Under the pieces are notes generated by a model that saw nothing but the letters and a program-made list of their open reading frames with translations, did not search any database and had not been told where the DNA came from. Made by a program: the position numbers and the translations under genes. Positions 24,639-36,849 of a DNA stretch of 49,534 bases are shown piece after piece. Numbering within the stretch: position 1 is the stretch's first letter; each line of letters begins with the position of its first letter. The stretch covers positions 1 to 49,534 of the forward strand of contig JYFJ02002920.1 of NCBI GenBank assembly GCA_000934665.2, given 5' to 3'. Source of the stretch: Catajapyx aquilonaris. Lineage: Eukaryota.

Positions 24639-27600
24639 GAAGTCTTCGAAATGCCGTCGAGGGCCACTATAACTTCCCCATAATGACCTCTGCTCACAGA
24701 TCACCCTTCCTCGTTTCGACACAGGCTGTAGAATGCCGGAGAGCATTTGCTGTTATGATTGTGCAGACCCAGTGACGGTGTCTGCCGTCGTCTCTTCTCA
24801 CCTTTAAATAGAGGTACTTCGAGACGGTAGTTGCGATCTGTCGATTTGTGCTCCCCTTCCCCTCATTGGTGAGGACCAGCAGGGCCATGTCCTTCTACGT
24901 CCTTCTTCATCTTCGACACTCTCAAAGATACCGGACATTGAACAGGCTGTTTACTTCAATGTGGGCCTAAATGTCTCTCATCATTTCCTTTGCTTCGTAT
25001 TTGTTATAGACATGATCGAAAGAAAATGATTTTTTTTATTTATTTATCCAGGATCTTCACTTGTGATATTTGCACAACTACCTCTTGAGATGGAGTTGAT
25101 TCGAAATGAATGTGATTGTTGAGATAAAATGTGGCAACTGGAATGCAAGGAAAGGGAAACTGAGTTCATGTTATAAATGAAAAAGTACATTCCAATGGTC
25201 GAGTTGCTCATTGGTTACCAGTCCTCTTGTTCCTTGGATATTGGATTCTGGGTCTTTATCGACATCGCTATCCTCTTCTCATCTGTGTTTATAGTGAGCT
25301 GGACTTGGCCCAGTGTGTGGTTTGGTAGCTTGGATCCAATGAGATGATAAGGTTCATTTTGTTTATAATGATTAAATCCCAGAATTTAGAGTTACATGAG
25401 TGCTATTCTAGGGCGGGATTCGCCTTTTCTGTGCAGGGAACTTACGTCCTCATTTGCATGTAAAACCTGTCTCTATATGGATTGTAAGAAAGCTTCGCAC
25501 TTCACCACTTATGATGTTTGACAAAAGTGCGTCATTATCTACTCGAACTGACTACTTTGTGCAGGTTGACTAAACGTAGCTTTCTTGTTGTGGTACGATC
25601 ACAATAGCAGGCCCTATTTCTTGAAGATGTTTAATTTTTTTAATATCATTTTTTTTACCCCATTGGGAGAATCGGCGCTAGGCGATCTGGATTACAGTTC
25701 CTGCAAGCCCTCCAAACTTATTTCTTTACCCGAGAACAGGGTTCGCGATGGATGAGTGTAGCAAGACCGGTAGATATGACGTATGTTACCCCCTGCATAA
25801 CTGACTTGGTAGTGTGAAGGTATCTGCAGGAAAAATGACCGATCCTTCCTGTGGTCATCGAGTGCCTTCTCCCTCCGGGTTGTCACTCTCTTACGTATGA
25901 CTGGTCATTCTTTCATTACATCGGTTTATTTCCATGTAACTACGTATCTAATTTAGCCTTCAATCAACTGGTTCTCAGAAGTTACTAAAGGCAGCAGGTT
26001 CAGACACTGGGTGATTTTGTGACGTCCATTCGCATTTATTTTAAATTATTATAAATATGCAGATTATTAAAATCACACTCACGTGGAACGGTAATATTTA
26101 GCCTGCACTATCCAATTTCGTTGCTAACTGATTTTTCGATATGAAAGGTATACCGGTTTTGATAATGACCTACTAATTTAGTACTGCAGGAAGTACTGCA
26201 AGACCGACACCATTTTCTTCTGCTATTGTCGTGGCAGACGTTTAGACCCTTTCGAAGCACGGGTTTGCTGCTGGCGGGGCTGACAGGGTGGCCAGTGTTG
26301 GATTCTCAGCACCAATGCGTATGGGCTGGTTCTACTGGAATATGAGCAGTTAAGGACAACTTCATCCGTTTACATTTACGTAGAAGGCAACATATGTAAG
26401 CACATGCTTACTATAACGTCAATTAACGTTGTCATATATTGTCAAGATAGACAGCAACCGTATCCGTTATTATTATTGTTAATTGTTTACGTAGAAGGTG
26501 TTTCCTTCGGGGTGAGTGCGGCAAAGAAGTTTTATCCACGTCGCTATCCTCTTCCCATTTATGGTGATCTGGACACTTATCCACTTCTGTTGGTACGAGC
26601 TACATCGATCTTACCATTCCTCAATATCTAATTATTGTAGTCGGCTTTACACAGTGGTATGACTTAGTTTTTGATGAAGTAAATAATTATTGCCACTTAT
26701 TCTCATTCTTGTCAAGTAACGGTTTCAAATTATTGTCGCAAGTGACACTTTAGCAACAAATGGCAGTATACGTGATGCACAGGCCTCTTCCGTGATGCAC
26801 AGTGGTTCCGAGGTTGCCACTGAAATGTTCTTGGTTAATGAAAACTTACTGTATGTCATTTTCTCTGTACAAAATAGACACTAGTCAACCTCAGGCTTCG
26901 GCAATGTGGGCTCGGTTCATGTTCAATGCCTGTGATGCATATACTAGACTCATATAAATCTGCACATAAATAATGTCATTAATGAAGTGCAATGCTCTAT
27001 TTAATTAGCATTTGTGGAAATATTATAAGGCCTGGAAAAGTTTGATTACATTGACATAGTAATGAAATGGACAATGCCAATCACAAATTTAAAAAATGGG
27101 AGTATACCATTTGGGCCATAACGGCAATGTGTAAATTCCCTGGCCATGTAATAAGATATTCATGTGGAATTTTTCTCGTCTGATGTTAAGCATCATTAGC
27201 CCATCTCAAGGATCGGTTCTTTCAAATCTCTCAGGAGCTTGATATCTTCCATTTCTTGTGTATTTACAGTCTCACACGCTTTGGGCCCTCTGTAAAATAG
27301 GATTGATTTAATTGCAGGTCGGGAGGTCATTAATTTAAAGACCATATTTCTACGTGGCAGAAATGTACACCATACGGGATTTATGTCCCGCCTGCGTGAA
27401 TTTGGCTCTATTTAAGTATCTATGTATTTTTGTCAGTGAACATAAAATAAAATGGGAACAAGGAATAGCTGATCTTGTTCAATGTCGAATGTTGCCTTTT
27501 CTTCCATTCTTGATAGTTCTCTCTGAAGGACCCCAAATTTCTTCTCGCTAGCAGCATCCTCATTGCTCATATCTCTCTTGGTGGTTATTAATTAGAAGAC

Positions 27601-28640
27601 CGAAGATGCAGAGATCCTGTGCCAATGTCCCATTGTTTGGATGGTACATTGGAATGGTCGAGTTACTTCTTAGATGATGATGATTAAGGCTTTGGTAAAT
27701 GAAGGACGTCACTATCCTCTTAAAAGATCATCCATGTTTTATGGTGATCTGGATTTGGCGCAGTGTGGTTATTTGTTGGCAATCATGTACAGAGTACAGT
27801 ATCAATGCTACCAGCGAATCTTGCAAGCCCCAGCTATGCAGCCTGTGGTATGAAATCATTATCTGCACTTGTTAGCAGGAACCGACTAATACTAATTTAT
27901 TGTTGGATCGAGGAGCAGTAAAACTTTGTAATACTATGTCTCGTGAAGAAGCACGTGGAATTTGTTCTGATAACATGTCAGTGATGATTCTCGTAGTCAC
28001 ACTCATGAAGACGAAATTGTCGCAATATGCCCATACTGATATCTCGGTTGTAATCATTCAGGTGAGAATGATCACGTTCAGGCAAAGAAATAATCGTAAA
28101 GTGTGTTGCTTGTTTGGTTGGCGGCAAGCTGTGAAGTTCCGGGTTGGCCTTGTTCTGGTTGGTCTGTTTTACAGTCATATAGGTGAAGCTGTTTCAAAGT
28201 ACTTGGTGTCCTACTACATCTTAGGACTTTAGGACTTTTAGGGGGTTTTTCCTCATTCCTTGCAGATCTGACATGTAAGTCGGAGGAACACTAGTGTTCA
28301 GGTTGGATATTTATAGAGCCGATCTGCTTGGATATAGCCCAGGATGGGGTTGACCTCACCAGCAACATTTTCACGTGGGCTGAATCTATCCCTTGAAAAA
28401 TCTGCTGGAGACTCAGGTCAATATTTATAGCACGTTGTATACATAATATTTACTGATGAAAATCATGTGGAATTATTATTCTAGTTATAATGTTCACAAT
28501 GAGGGAAAATAAAATATTCACTCCCAAAGCTTTTATTCTCATATCCCCTTCGTGGTTTGATATTCATTCCTGTGTTTCTTTTGCTATCATCCGATGCATC
28601 CTCCAAATATTTTAGCAGCTCCTGCCAATGTCATACATGC

Positions 28641-28767
28641 TCCTAGTCTGTCTCCTATCCCAAAGACCTGTCCGGCTTGGGTGGCCCTACCAGTAAACGA
28701 AACTACTGCCGGCATAGCTCTTGGGGTCACGGGAGAAACGCAAACCCCACCACCACGATAAGGTGGA
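28641..28767 (-). mobile_element. RTE-clade LINE 5' head (Bov-A/Rex3-like conserved structured 5' region)
   Basis: Reverse strand reads ccaccttatcgtggtggtggggtttgcg...gagctatgccggc...ggtagggccacccaagccggacaggtc, the pattern I recall for RTE 5' UTRs. Confidence 0.7.
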
Positions 28768-31700
28768 GATGTGATTAGTTGTTGGGGTCCATAATATTAT
28801 GTGCTACATGAGAATTCTGGAAGCCCCAGCTCTCCAACCTCCATGTACGTAATCAATACCTGCATGTATCGGCAGGAACAGACTTTTGTTAATTTACTGG
28901 ACTGAGGAGCAGTATTTATCTAGGTCTAGGCCAACATTTAGACTTTTGCCACTAGCAGACTGAACCCACAACAATATCGACCGTTCGACCCTCACGATAA
29001 GACAGGTCTAATTGCTTGGTAAGTCACCGTGTTATTCTTCACAAGAAAATATTCCAGCATCATTATTTTGTTGAAGTGATTTTGAAGGTAGATAATAATT
29101 TCTTTAAAATGACAACTGAAACTTTCGCTGCCTTTATACACGTCTGATGACATGTATATGTCTCTCATTCGTATTTCTTGCTTTGGTATTGTTCTGTCAG
29201 GGGAATGGCTCATTTTGTCAAGCAGATACTGCCAATAATTAAAATTCGGGACCTTGTTCGGAACTTCTGTGATGAAGCTTGAAGCTCTTGGGGGTATGAT
29301 CAGCAGAATATGTCTCCTGCATCATGTCTCGGTAGGGCTGCAAAACGGCGGACTCTGTTGTCGGTGCACTTCAGAACTGATATTGTCATCGCTTTTCCCT
29401 TTGTGTTAAACTATGAGCTGGTCATATGCTAAGAAATGCATGAATCTCAATATCTCATTATTGTGGTCAGCTTTATAACAGTGGTGTGAGTCACATTCGA
29501 TGATTTATTTTCATACTTGCTAAGTAATTGCTTGCAATTGTCGTAAATCACACTTCAGCAACAAATGGCAGTATCGGCCACTGATTTGTCACTTTTGATC
29601 TTCGCCGCAGACCTAGCTGTTCCGGGATATTTAGTGGAACTTGTCTTCATCCCAGGTCTTCAGTAACTTCGTAGAATCTCTTCTGCCACACTCCCACGGA
29701 AAGCTTTTCCCACTATTGGCGTATTACTGATAAGTGAAGCAAAATAATGTGAATCGTGCTGGAATCTACAGCAAGGATAATGTGAACGTTCAGCCATTGT
29801 ACAGCAGATGGGAAACGCCACTGTACTTAAATGGGTTGAAACACTGTATAAAGTGTCATATAAGTACAAAGTATGCCTAACACGACTGCAATCTATTAAA
29901 ACATGTTAACATGATACGTACTTATTTTTGCTGAATATTAGCAGTATGAAAACATCAGTGATTCATCAGCGCTCTTGTCCAATACGATTGAGCGTAGAAT
30001 TGACGCGGAATGACATGGCTGCTCAAAGCATGAGGGCAATCACTTTTGGATATACTGGATGTCTCTTAATAACGTGTTGTATCACACATCACCTTATTGA
30101 CATCCATGGGAGAAAAATCGAGTCGCTGGAATGAAATGCAGTACAGTGAATCCCGAACCTGTGTGCAGGCTCTCAGAAGCAAACCTGCAACAGTTTACCA
30201 AGGCTCAAGATTATTACAGGTAGGCCTACATTGTACATATACCTCATTTATGTCCTTCTCAAAACAATAAAAGTACATTCATTCCCACATTATTGTAAGT
30301 GTAACGCTACGGGTCACTGTATTGATAAAACTAATAGTATTGGCCATGAAATTATTAAAAATGTCTTAGTCAGGAGCATTCATATAACAGCATCTTCCTG
30401 TGTGGTGGTAGGTTTCCCAATGGTCAGTCGCAATTGCCCCCGGCAGTTATGTTATTCTGCAGTATCCTTTCCAGCTCCATAGGCATCGCGTGTTGTGATG
30501 GCAGCGATACACAACCTGGAATGGAAGGAAAGTTTGATTAAACGAGCAAAATGAAGGCGTGCACGACACCCGGAGCATGTTGTGCATATTACTGATCACT
30601 TCCATGTCACCAAGATGTCTCTCACTGTAAGGTTACCCTATAATATTATAGCATGCATACAGACTGGTTTTGCCAAGTGTATGAGTTGGAATAAACGTTG
30701 AGGAACGGTCAATAATAATAAGGGAGGAGAACTTAAGTATTACTACCCATGAGATGTTAGGTATTAAAATTCAACATTTGGGTTTTGTTACAAAGCAGGT
30801 AATGCATATTATAAGTTACGAATGTGTCTGGAAGAGTTAGTCGTCATCTACCTTACCCACGGTTCTCAGAGTCATGTCCGAACATTTGGAACTGTAAAAA
30901 AAAATTGCAATTTAGCACAATTTTGACTCATACTACTATCCATTTACTACTGCTGAATGGTCCATAGCAGTGTAACAATTCCTGTCATGTATTTGTCGTA
31001 CAAGTGGAAAGTGAAGTTCTTAGAATGGACAAACTTTTGCTTATTTGCATTATTGAAACCGTTATTACAAGGCACAATGTGTTGTTCATGTTAGTACAAG
31101 ATGCAAGAGTTAGGCAAGAAAATTACAGTGCAATAAATAACAGTAACAGTGTGGCAGTAATTTTCCACAAGTAATATCAGTAATATTAGCTCTTTACAAA
31201 CTGAATAGGATAACCAGGGCAGTGAGTAATGCCCCTGTACGTCTCAAAATTCAGATTCATGTGATCTCTAGGCTTTATTTCTGGTCAACCTGGTCTAGGA
31301 ACACGATATACATTTTGCATATATTCATTACAAGTAGTAGTGATGCTAATATATTAAAGGGGATTGTTTTTGCAGCTCTTCCCAAACTACACTGACACAT
31401 GAACATTATCAGCCCTGAAGAATACAAAGAAAAGCGAGGGACGCTCTGAAATTTCCAGATTTTACCTCCTCTGGAGCTTTATTTTCATATTCAGGGAGTT
31501 AAGATGTTTTGAATAACGAACCGCTGTACACAAATTTGAATATGCTACGAGACGGGCATGCTCTTCAGTGCTCCAACAATAAGTGGGCGAAACATGCAAT
31601 ATATAGACAACGATCGAGGTGTTACTGATGATTCTGTCAAAGTTTGATTGTAAATATTGCATGGTAGGCAATAATGTAAGTATGCTGCCCCCAGGTCTTC

Positions 31701-31859
31701 TATTGTAAGAAGCACCGCTGACCGCAAAGAATGCGGATGCTGCGGAGGTGCTGCGGTGTTGTCATTGCAGTGCAGGGCACTTGTAATGTCCCTGACTATA
31801 CTGTATACCATACTATACTATATCATACTGTACGCCGTATATGCACCTGTTACATCATC

Positions 31860-33213
31860 AGATAGTATCTGGTCGCTCTCGAAGTAAGAGTTTCGTAAGG
31901 TTGTTGAGTCTGCTAGTTGGTGAATTTAACAAGTCTTTGACTGAGAGTGTTGATGTCGTTCTTGGAAATTATTCCTAGGCGAACCCGGTGCAGCAATTCG
32001 ACAAATTCACTGCTTAATTTGCCTAATATTAATCGTAAGTTCGTCGTAACTGAAAAGATCTCGCCATAAATTGATGGTGCCTAACCGACCAACCTTGCGA
32101 CCAACGAATTGCTGGACATCTTTAGAGGAAATGGGTTTGAAAAGCTGGTGCCTCATGTACCGGCTGAAGCTGGAGCACGTCTCCGAACTACAGGATATGT
32201 CTTCGTCCGAACCAGCCGTTCTCTTCGTCTGAGGTTCCATATATTTCTGACAGGCGTAAATGAATGTATAGTAGGGTTAGGGGTTGGAGAGCATGGAAAC
32301 TACGTCGATTATGAAGAGTATAATGTTCTTCAGTTCAGCTCGCATGAGCTGTAGCACTTCATCTGACAGTGGGCGGTACTTTGGAGAGGTACCGTGTTCA
32401 ACGGGCAAGAGTCGATGAATGGTTAGGTCGGCAACATTGAATGCGGCGATCCCAGTCGGAGCGCAGATGGAGACCGACTGGTTCAACTCCTGTCTGATCC
32501 AGGCTTTAATAGTGTGAATAAGATAACTTTTGCCTATTCCTCCAGTTCCGCTGCAAAACATTCGCATGACTGGTCCATCATTAGTCGTTAGCATTTGTTG
32601 AACATGCAGGAACACTCGATTCCGATCTTCGTTTAAGTTCTTAATCATCTGTAGCACATCTTGCCCAACATTATTACCAATGTCATCAACTTGACGTAGA
32701 TCTTCCATGGCATTAGCAGCTTCAAGGGGCTGGAACTGCAAGGGGTTTTCAGGACACTCACCATCCTCCTGTTGGGTATCTTCGACTGCCTTAATTAGGG
32801 CAATCTTTGATTGGATGAGTTCGAAAGCAGTAGTAATCTTTGCTTGAAACTGACACTGACGGACGCCATAAGCTATGCCTTGCTCTAGTTCAAGTTTGGA
32901 GGCATATAGAGCTTCTGTGTAGGTGCGGCAGTTGGAAATAAGTTCACTTATTTCTCTCTCCAGGGTTTGAAAAGGAGAAGAGTATGGAAAAGGCAAATTT
33001 TTCTGGAGACTGCTGGGCGTCATGTCTCTGTAATGATTGATTAAATACGGACGTGATCTTTTGATAAGGATTCGTGATCCACCTATTTCGTGAAAGTCAC
33101 GTTCAGTGGACGTGGGTTTTTGCCTGATTAGATCAAGTGAACTAATGAATTCATACAAGTGCATGCGTTACAGTTATGTATGTCTGTTAGGATAGTGGTT
33201 ATCTACCCACGAC
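31860..33213 (-). mobile_element. Decayed Helentron/Helitron2 RepHel fragment (post-Rep linker plus PIF1 helicase N-half)
   Basis: SWVDNHYPNR..LYEF..RPYLINH aligns with the plus-strand copy (SWVDDYYPNR..LFDF..KPHLINH); Walker A GTGGIGKS, APTGIAAFNV, TIHRLL, IIDVVSM, NLWRDLFSYDELTINIRQ; contains stops and frameshifts. Confidence 0.9.
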
Positions 33214-33704
33214 AGGACTGCTGGAGAACTGAATTGAACAGGAGGTTGAGAACTGAGCATTGGAATCAAATTAGGTACAATAATAAATCCATGGAATTAA
33301 AGAGGATGGGAAAAGCATGATCGCCTGATATAATTGGAATAAATGTATTGAAACAATGCATGGTAAACAGATGCAGTTAAAAATTACTTTAAAGGGGTGT
33401 AAAGGGCTGACCAGCCAGTGCGGCTCTACAGCCTCTCGTACCATATTTATTAACCAAGGTACAAGCAAGGTACAAAATCAAACAAAACACAATATTACAA
33501 GTAAGATACAATATTACAAAATCTTTTCCAGTTAGCATGGAAAGGTACCAATACCAGACATCTTGGACAGGAATGATTTCAGTCAATTGCCTCTTTGTAC
33601 TGCATTTTGAAATTCAATCAATTTTTAAATAATTGTTTGCAAGCATTGTACAGGTTCAATACTTATTCATTTATAATCTAGCAACTACAGCCATGCCATC
33701 AACA

Positions 33705-34139
33705 TTAATAATACTGACCATCACCTGCAACCGCACGAATCCAGCTGGCCATGATGTTGACTCCAGCCTGGCTCAGGTGCAGTCCGTCCCTCGAGAGAAG
33801 GTCCCTTCTATCCTCAAACTGGGACCACAAATCTACAAAGTGGACGTCCTCGAAGTGCAGGGCTAGTTCAGTCAGCCCAGCATTGAGGACCATAGTGCGG
33901 GCATTCAGCTGGTCGATCTTGTCCTCGGCGTTCTTCTCCTTTCTGTAAAAGTTGATTGCCCTTGGCAGAACAGATGATATGTAAATGGAGCATTGGGGAT
34001 TGAGACCCCTCAGCTGCCTAACCAACTTCTCGTAATGCCTCACCGTGATCCATACATTCTCCCCCATTAGCACGTTGTTGGTGCCCAGGTTGATCCAAAT
34101 AGCCTCAGCGCAAGGCACCAACTCGACCAACATCAACAA
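33705..34139 (-). pseudogene. SGNH/GDSL hydrolase (esterase) domain, N-terminally truncated or frameshifted
   Basis: INLGTNN (block III), IYISSVLPR, FVDLW, SRDGLHLSQAG (block V DxxH); block I GDS is not seen. Confidence 0.85.
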
Positions 34140-34263
34140 TGACGCATGACTTTACAATTACTTCCTTCTTCTAAAAGAAAGTGTTGACCCTACACGGGTG
34201 AACAGCTTCTTCTTCTTCTTCTTCTTCTTCTTCTTTTTTTTGAACTTCTTCTTCACCTCTCTG

Positions 34264-35202
34264 CTAACGGTCCAGCTTCTCTGGTTTCCCTTCTGCTGTC
34301 CGCTTAGATGTTTCATCATCTTCTACCACTGCATTGTCGTCATTACACGGCCAAGGTAGATGTCCTCGCACATGGTCGGTGTACCGGTTGCTTGAGACAT
34401 CCACAGGCCCATGGTTACGACCAACATGGTCGATAAGCCAGGGTGTTTTATTGTGGTAGGTCACCCTTTCAAGCAACATCTTCTTCTGCATGGTTATCAC
34501 AGGCTCTATGTTGTGAGGTATGGGCTTGTAATACCCAATTTGTGCTACCTGACTATCGTAGCCAAGGTCTCCGTAGAATCTACGTTTCTGGGCTCCTGTC
34601 ATGGGCGGTGGTGTCAAGGGTTCGTAGTAGGATGAGTCCTGAGAAGGGTGCACACTCACATTATCGTCCTCTGATTGAGCAGTGACGTCATCCTCTTCTT
34701 GTTGACCAATTTTGGTGTCTTCTTCTTCTTCTTGCTGTTCTTCATCTTCCGTTTGTTCTTCTTCATCTTCTTTTGCTTCACCTCCATTTTGTTCTTCTTC
34801 GTCTTCTTCTTCTTCACCCCCATTTTGTTCTTCTTCACTCTCCGACCATTCACCAAATAGTTCGAATAGAACATCCTTCCTTCTTTCTTCTTTCTGGAGT
34901 GGCAGAGAGGCGGCCGGCGTCTCTTCATCTTCTTCTTCACTGGAAGATGGACCAAAGACTGACCGAAATCTCTAACTCCTCGGTGGGGAGTAAGGACCCT
35001 GGTGTGCTTCTTCCTCGTCACTCCAGTCGTCGAATAGGAGGACTCCCACCTTCTTCTTCCACAACTTATTAATGGCCAATGGCCGACCTGGTGATAGGTT
35101 GGAAGGTGATGGTGGAGATGAAGGCACCGGAGAAGCATCGGGCAGTTGAGCTAGCCTTTTACGCTGCCCCCCTCTCTGCCTCGACTTACTTTTCTTCCCC
35201 AT
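34264..35202 (-). pseudogene. Basic/Pro-rich then Glu-rich low-complexity ORF, probable N-terminus of the SGNH protein
   Basis: ORFs 35202-34972 and 34659-34264 share a frame and are joined by an EEEQNGGEE-rich stretch with one stop; lies just upstream of the SGNH domain on the same strand. Confidence 0.5.
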
Positions 35203-35599
35203 TTTCGAGACTGTAATTCTTTCTAGAATTCTAATTTGGGACTGACTGGTTTGTTTATGTTACCAGCACAACAAAACACTTAGTAGTCATAGTGACTACT
35301 ATGGTACCCCTAGCACTATAGAACACTAGTAGAGTTTATATGTTGTCATGGACATATGACAAATAAACAACTTAGATTGGTAACAATATAATTTACTTAT
35401 TATATGTGTAACCCTAAAATAACCTTCAAAATTTTTCTAATTCAGAAAAACTGGCTATAAAAACCATTAGGATATGGGTTTGGACGAAGGTAGTGTGAAT
35501 GGGTAGGAAAATTGTGGACTTGTTGCAGTAGTTGAGTAGACGGTGAAGGTGAAACCAGAGAAGTGTCTGTTGTAGGAAATGGTGTTGAAGGAAAATATT

Positions 35600-35888
35600 T
35601 CCTGAGACGGTCTCTGTGTACAACATATGGGCTACCTTGACCAGGCTTCATGACCTCAAAAATTACAGGACTTCTGATTATCCTGTAAGGCCCATTCTTG
35701 GGCCCATTCCATGACTTGTGAAGTTTCCTACTTAAGACCTTTAGGACAATAAGGATTATGAACTAACACAAGATCACCCTCACTGAGTTGTCTGTGGCGG
35801 AATCCGCGATCATGATATTTTTTCTGATTAGAAAAAGCTTTGCGGAGTCTACCTTTTACCAATTGAAAAGTGTTTTTGCAAATTGGAT
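35600..35888 (-). mobile_element. Gypsy/Ty3 LTR retrotransposon integrase C-terminal (GPY/F) fragment
   Basis: QKKYHDRGFRHRQLSEGDLVLVHN...KLHKSWNGP...GPYRII...VVHRDRLRKY, with frameshifts. Confidence 0.8.
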
Positions 35889-35890
35889 AC

Positions 35891-35947
35891 CAAGTTTTTG
35901 ATCAATTCACACAGTGTAATTGACTGTGTGAATTTATCAAAAACTTG
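35891..35947. repeat. 25-bp-arm inverted repeat (1 mismatch, 7-nt loop)
   Basis: caagtttttgatcaattcacacagt / actgtgtgaatttatcaaaaacttg. Confidence 0.9.
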
Positions 35948-36306
35948 ACGCTTGAAAGTATTATTAACGGAGGTGGTATGGGATTGCCTAAGCGGAATAA
36001 ATAGTCGGATTGGATGACCCAGGCGGCGCGAGCCTGCTGGCCCAGGTATCCGTTCCTCCTGCCGGGAGTATACTTGGGTGGCGCCTACCCAACTATGACC
36101 CCTGGTCAGTTTACTATTTATGCCGTACTCTGTATGAAATAAAACACAAGAATGTTATTTTTCACTACGGAGTGGCAAGTGGATCAGTGAGCCCACTAGT
36201 CGCAGAGGAGAGCTCCCTTTTCAGAGAACCTTCCTCCTGGACTGCTAGTCACTGACTGCCCTTACCGAGGCGCCGATAGCTTTATTTACACCTCGATTCG
36301 TTTACA

Positions 36307-36395
36307 GTAACGTGGGGCAACACAGGGGTCTGAGCAACGATAACCAAGGAAAGTTATAAACAAACAACGAAAGACCCCTGGTTACACCACGTTAC
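36307..36395. repeat. Short imperfect inverted-repeat element (MITE-like)
   Basis: gtaacgtggggcaacacaggggtct ... agacccctggttacaccacgttac. Confidence 0.6.
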
Positions 36396-36519
36396 CATAC
36401 TCAACCAGAATAATCAATACACTTTAACATCAACAATGACGCAGGACTTTACAATAACAATATCAATATGTGCATTACAGCTCTTCCGCCAGATTTCGAC
36501 GACGAGCATCGGAAAACGC

Positions 36520-36672
36520 ATCTCAAATGGGCAAGCGACATCGAATATGATGGCGATCTCACGTTGTTTTGCCACCACCAAGTCGGGCCGGAGAGGGCAT
36601 CCTGGGACCACTTGCTGATTCTCCGCCAATATAGTAAACTTGGCCTTGGCTGCATCCCTCACGCGGCTCACC
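36520..36672 (-). mobile_element. Restriction-like endonuclease fragment of an RLE non-LTR retrotransposon (R2/R4/NeSL group)
   Basis: RVRDAAKAKFTILAENQQV..LRPDLVV..AIIFDVACPFE matches the E...RPD...D..PFE motif. Confidence 0.75.
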
Positions 36673-36849
36673 TCTGCATTTTTGCATTATTGTAATTGTT
36701 GTAATTGTTGCTGGATGAAATCTGAATTTTTTTTCCTTGTTATAATGGCCACCATCCTGAACCAGGATGACCTACTTGCAATATTGGACTTTTCCCGGAG
36801 GCCTATTTTTCTGCCAAATTGGGTACTTCCAGCATCCCTGGAAGCATCC

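Larger units (their letters stand above)
11800..31000 (-). repeat. Mosaic of diverged same-orientation paralogous modules, probably a decayed multigene array of unknown origin
   Basis: Pairs or sets visible by eye: 11990-12090/13080-13165; 16735-16860/17342-17460/19966-20070; 17737-17840/22470-22575/26611-26770/29440-29580; 17911-17980/19236-19312; 17968-18060/20824-20915; 19626-19790/22025-22240; 20640-20820/26962-27150; 21237-21430/24531-24830; 21450-21575/24170-24290; 22308-22440/28295-28420; 22742-22858/27158-27277; 25185-25330/27643-27770. Confidence 0.7.

Noticed and set aside
29960..30560. Possible Mutator-like transposase remnant (VVYRCHHNTR on the minus strand)
   Set aside because: A single short motif with no supporting DDE or SWIM region
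34656..35138. Lys-rich 160-aa ORF and Phe/Ser-rich antisense ORFs
   Set aside because: Alternative frames of a GAA-rich low-complexity stretch; the Glu-rich frame is the one continuous with its neighbours
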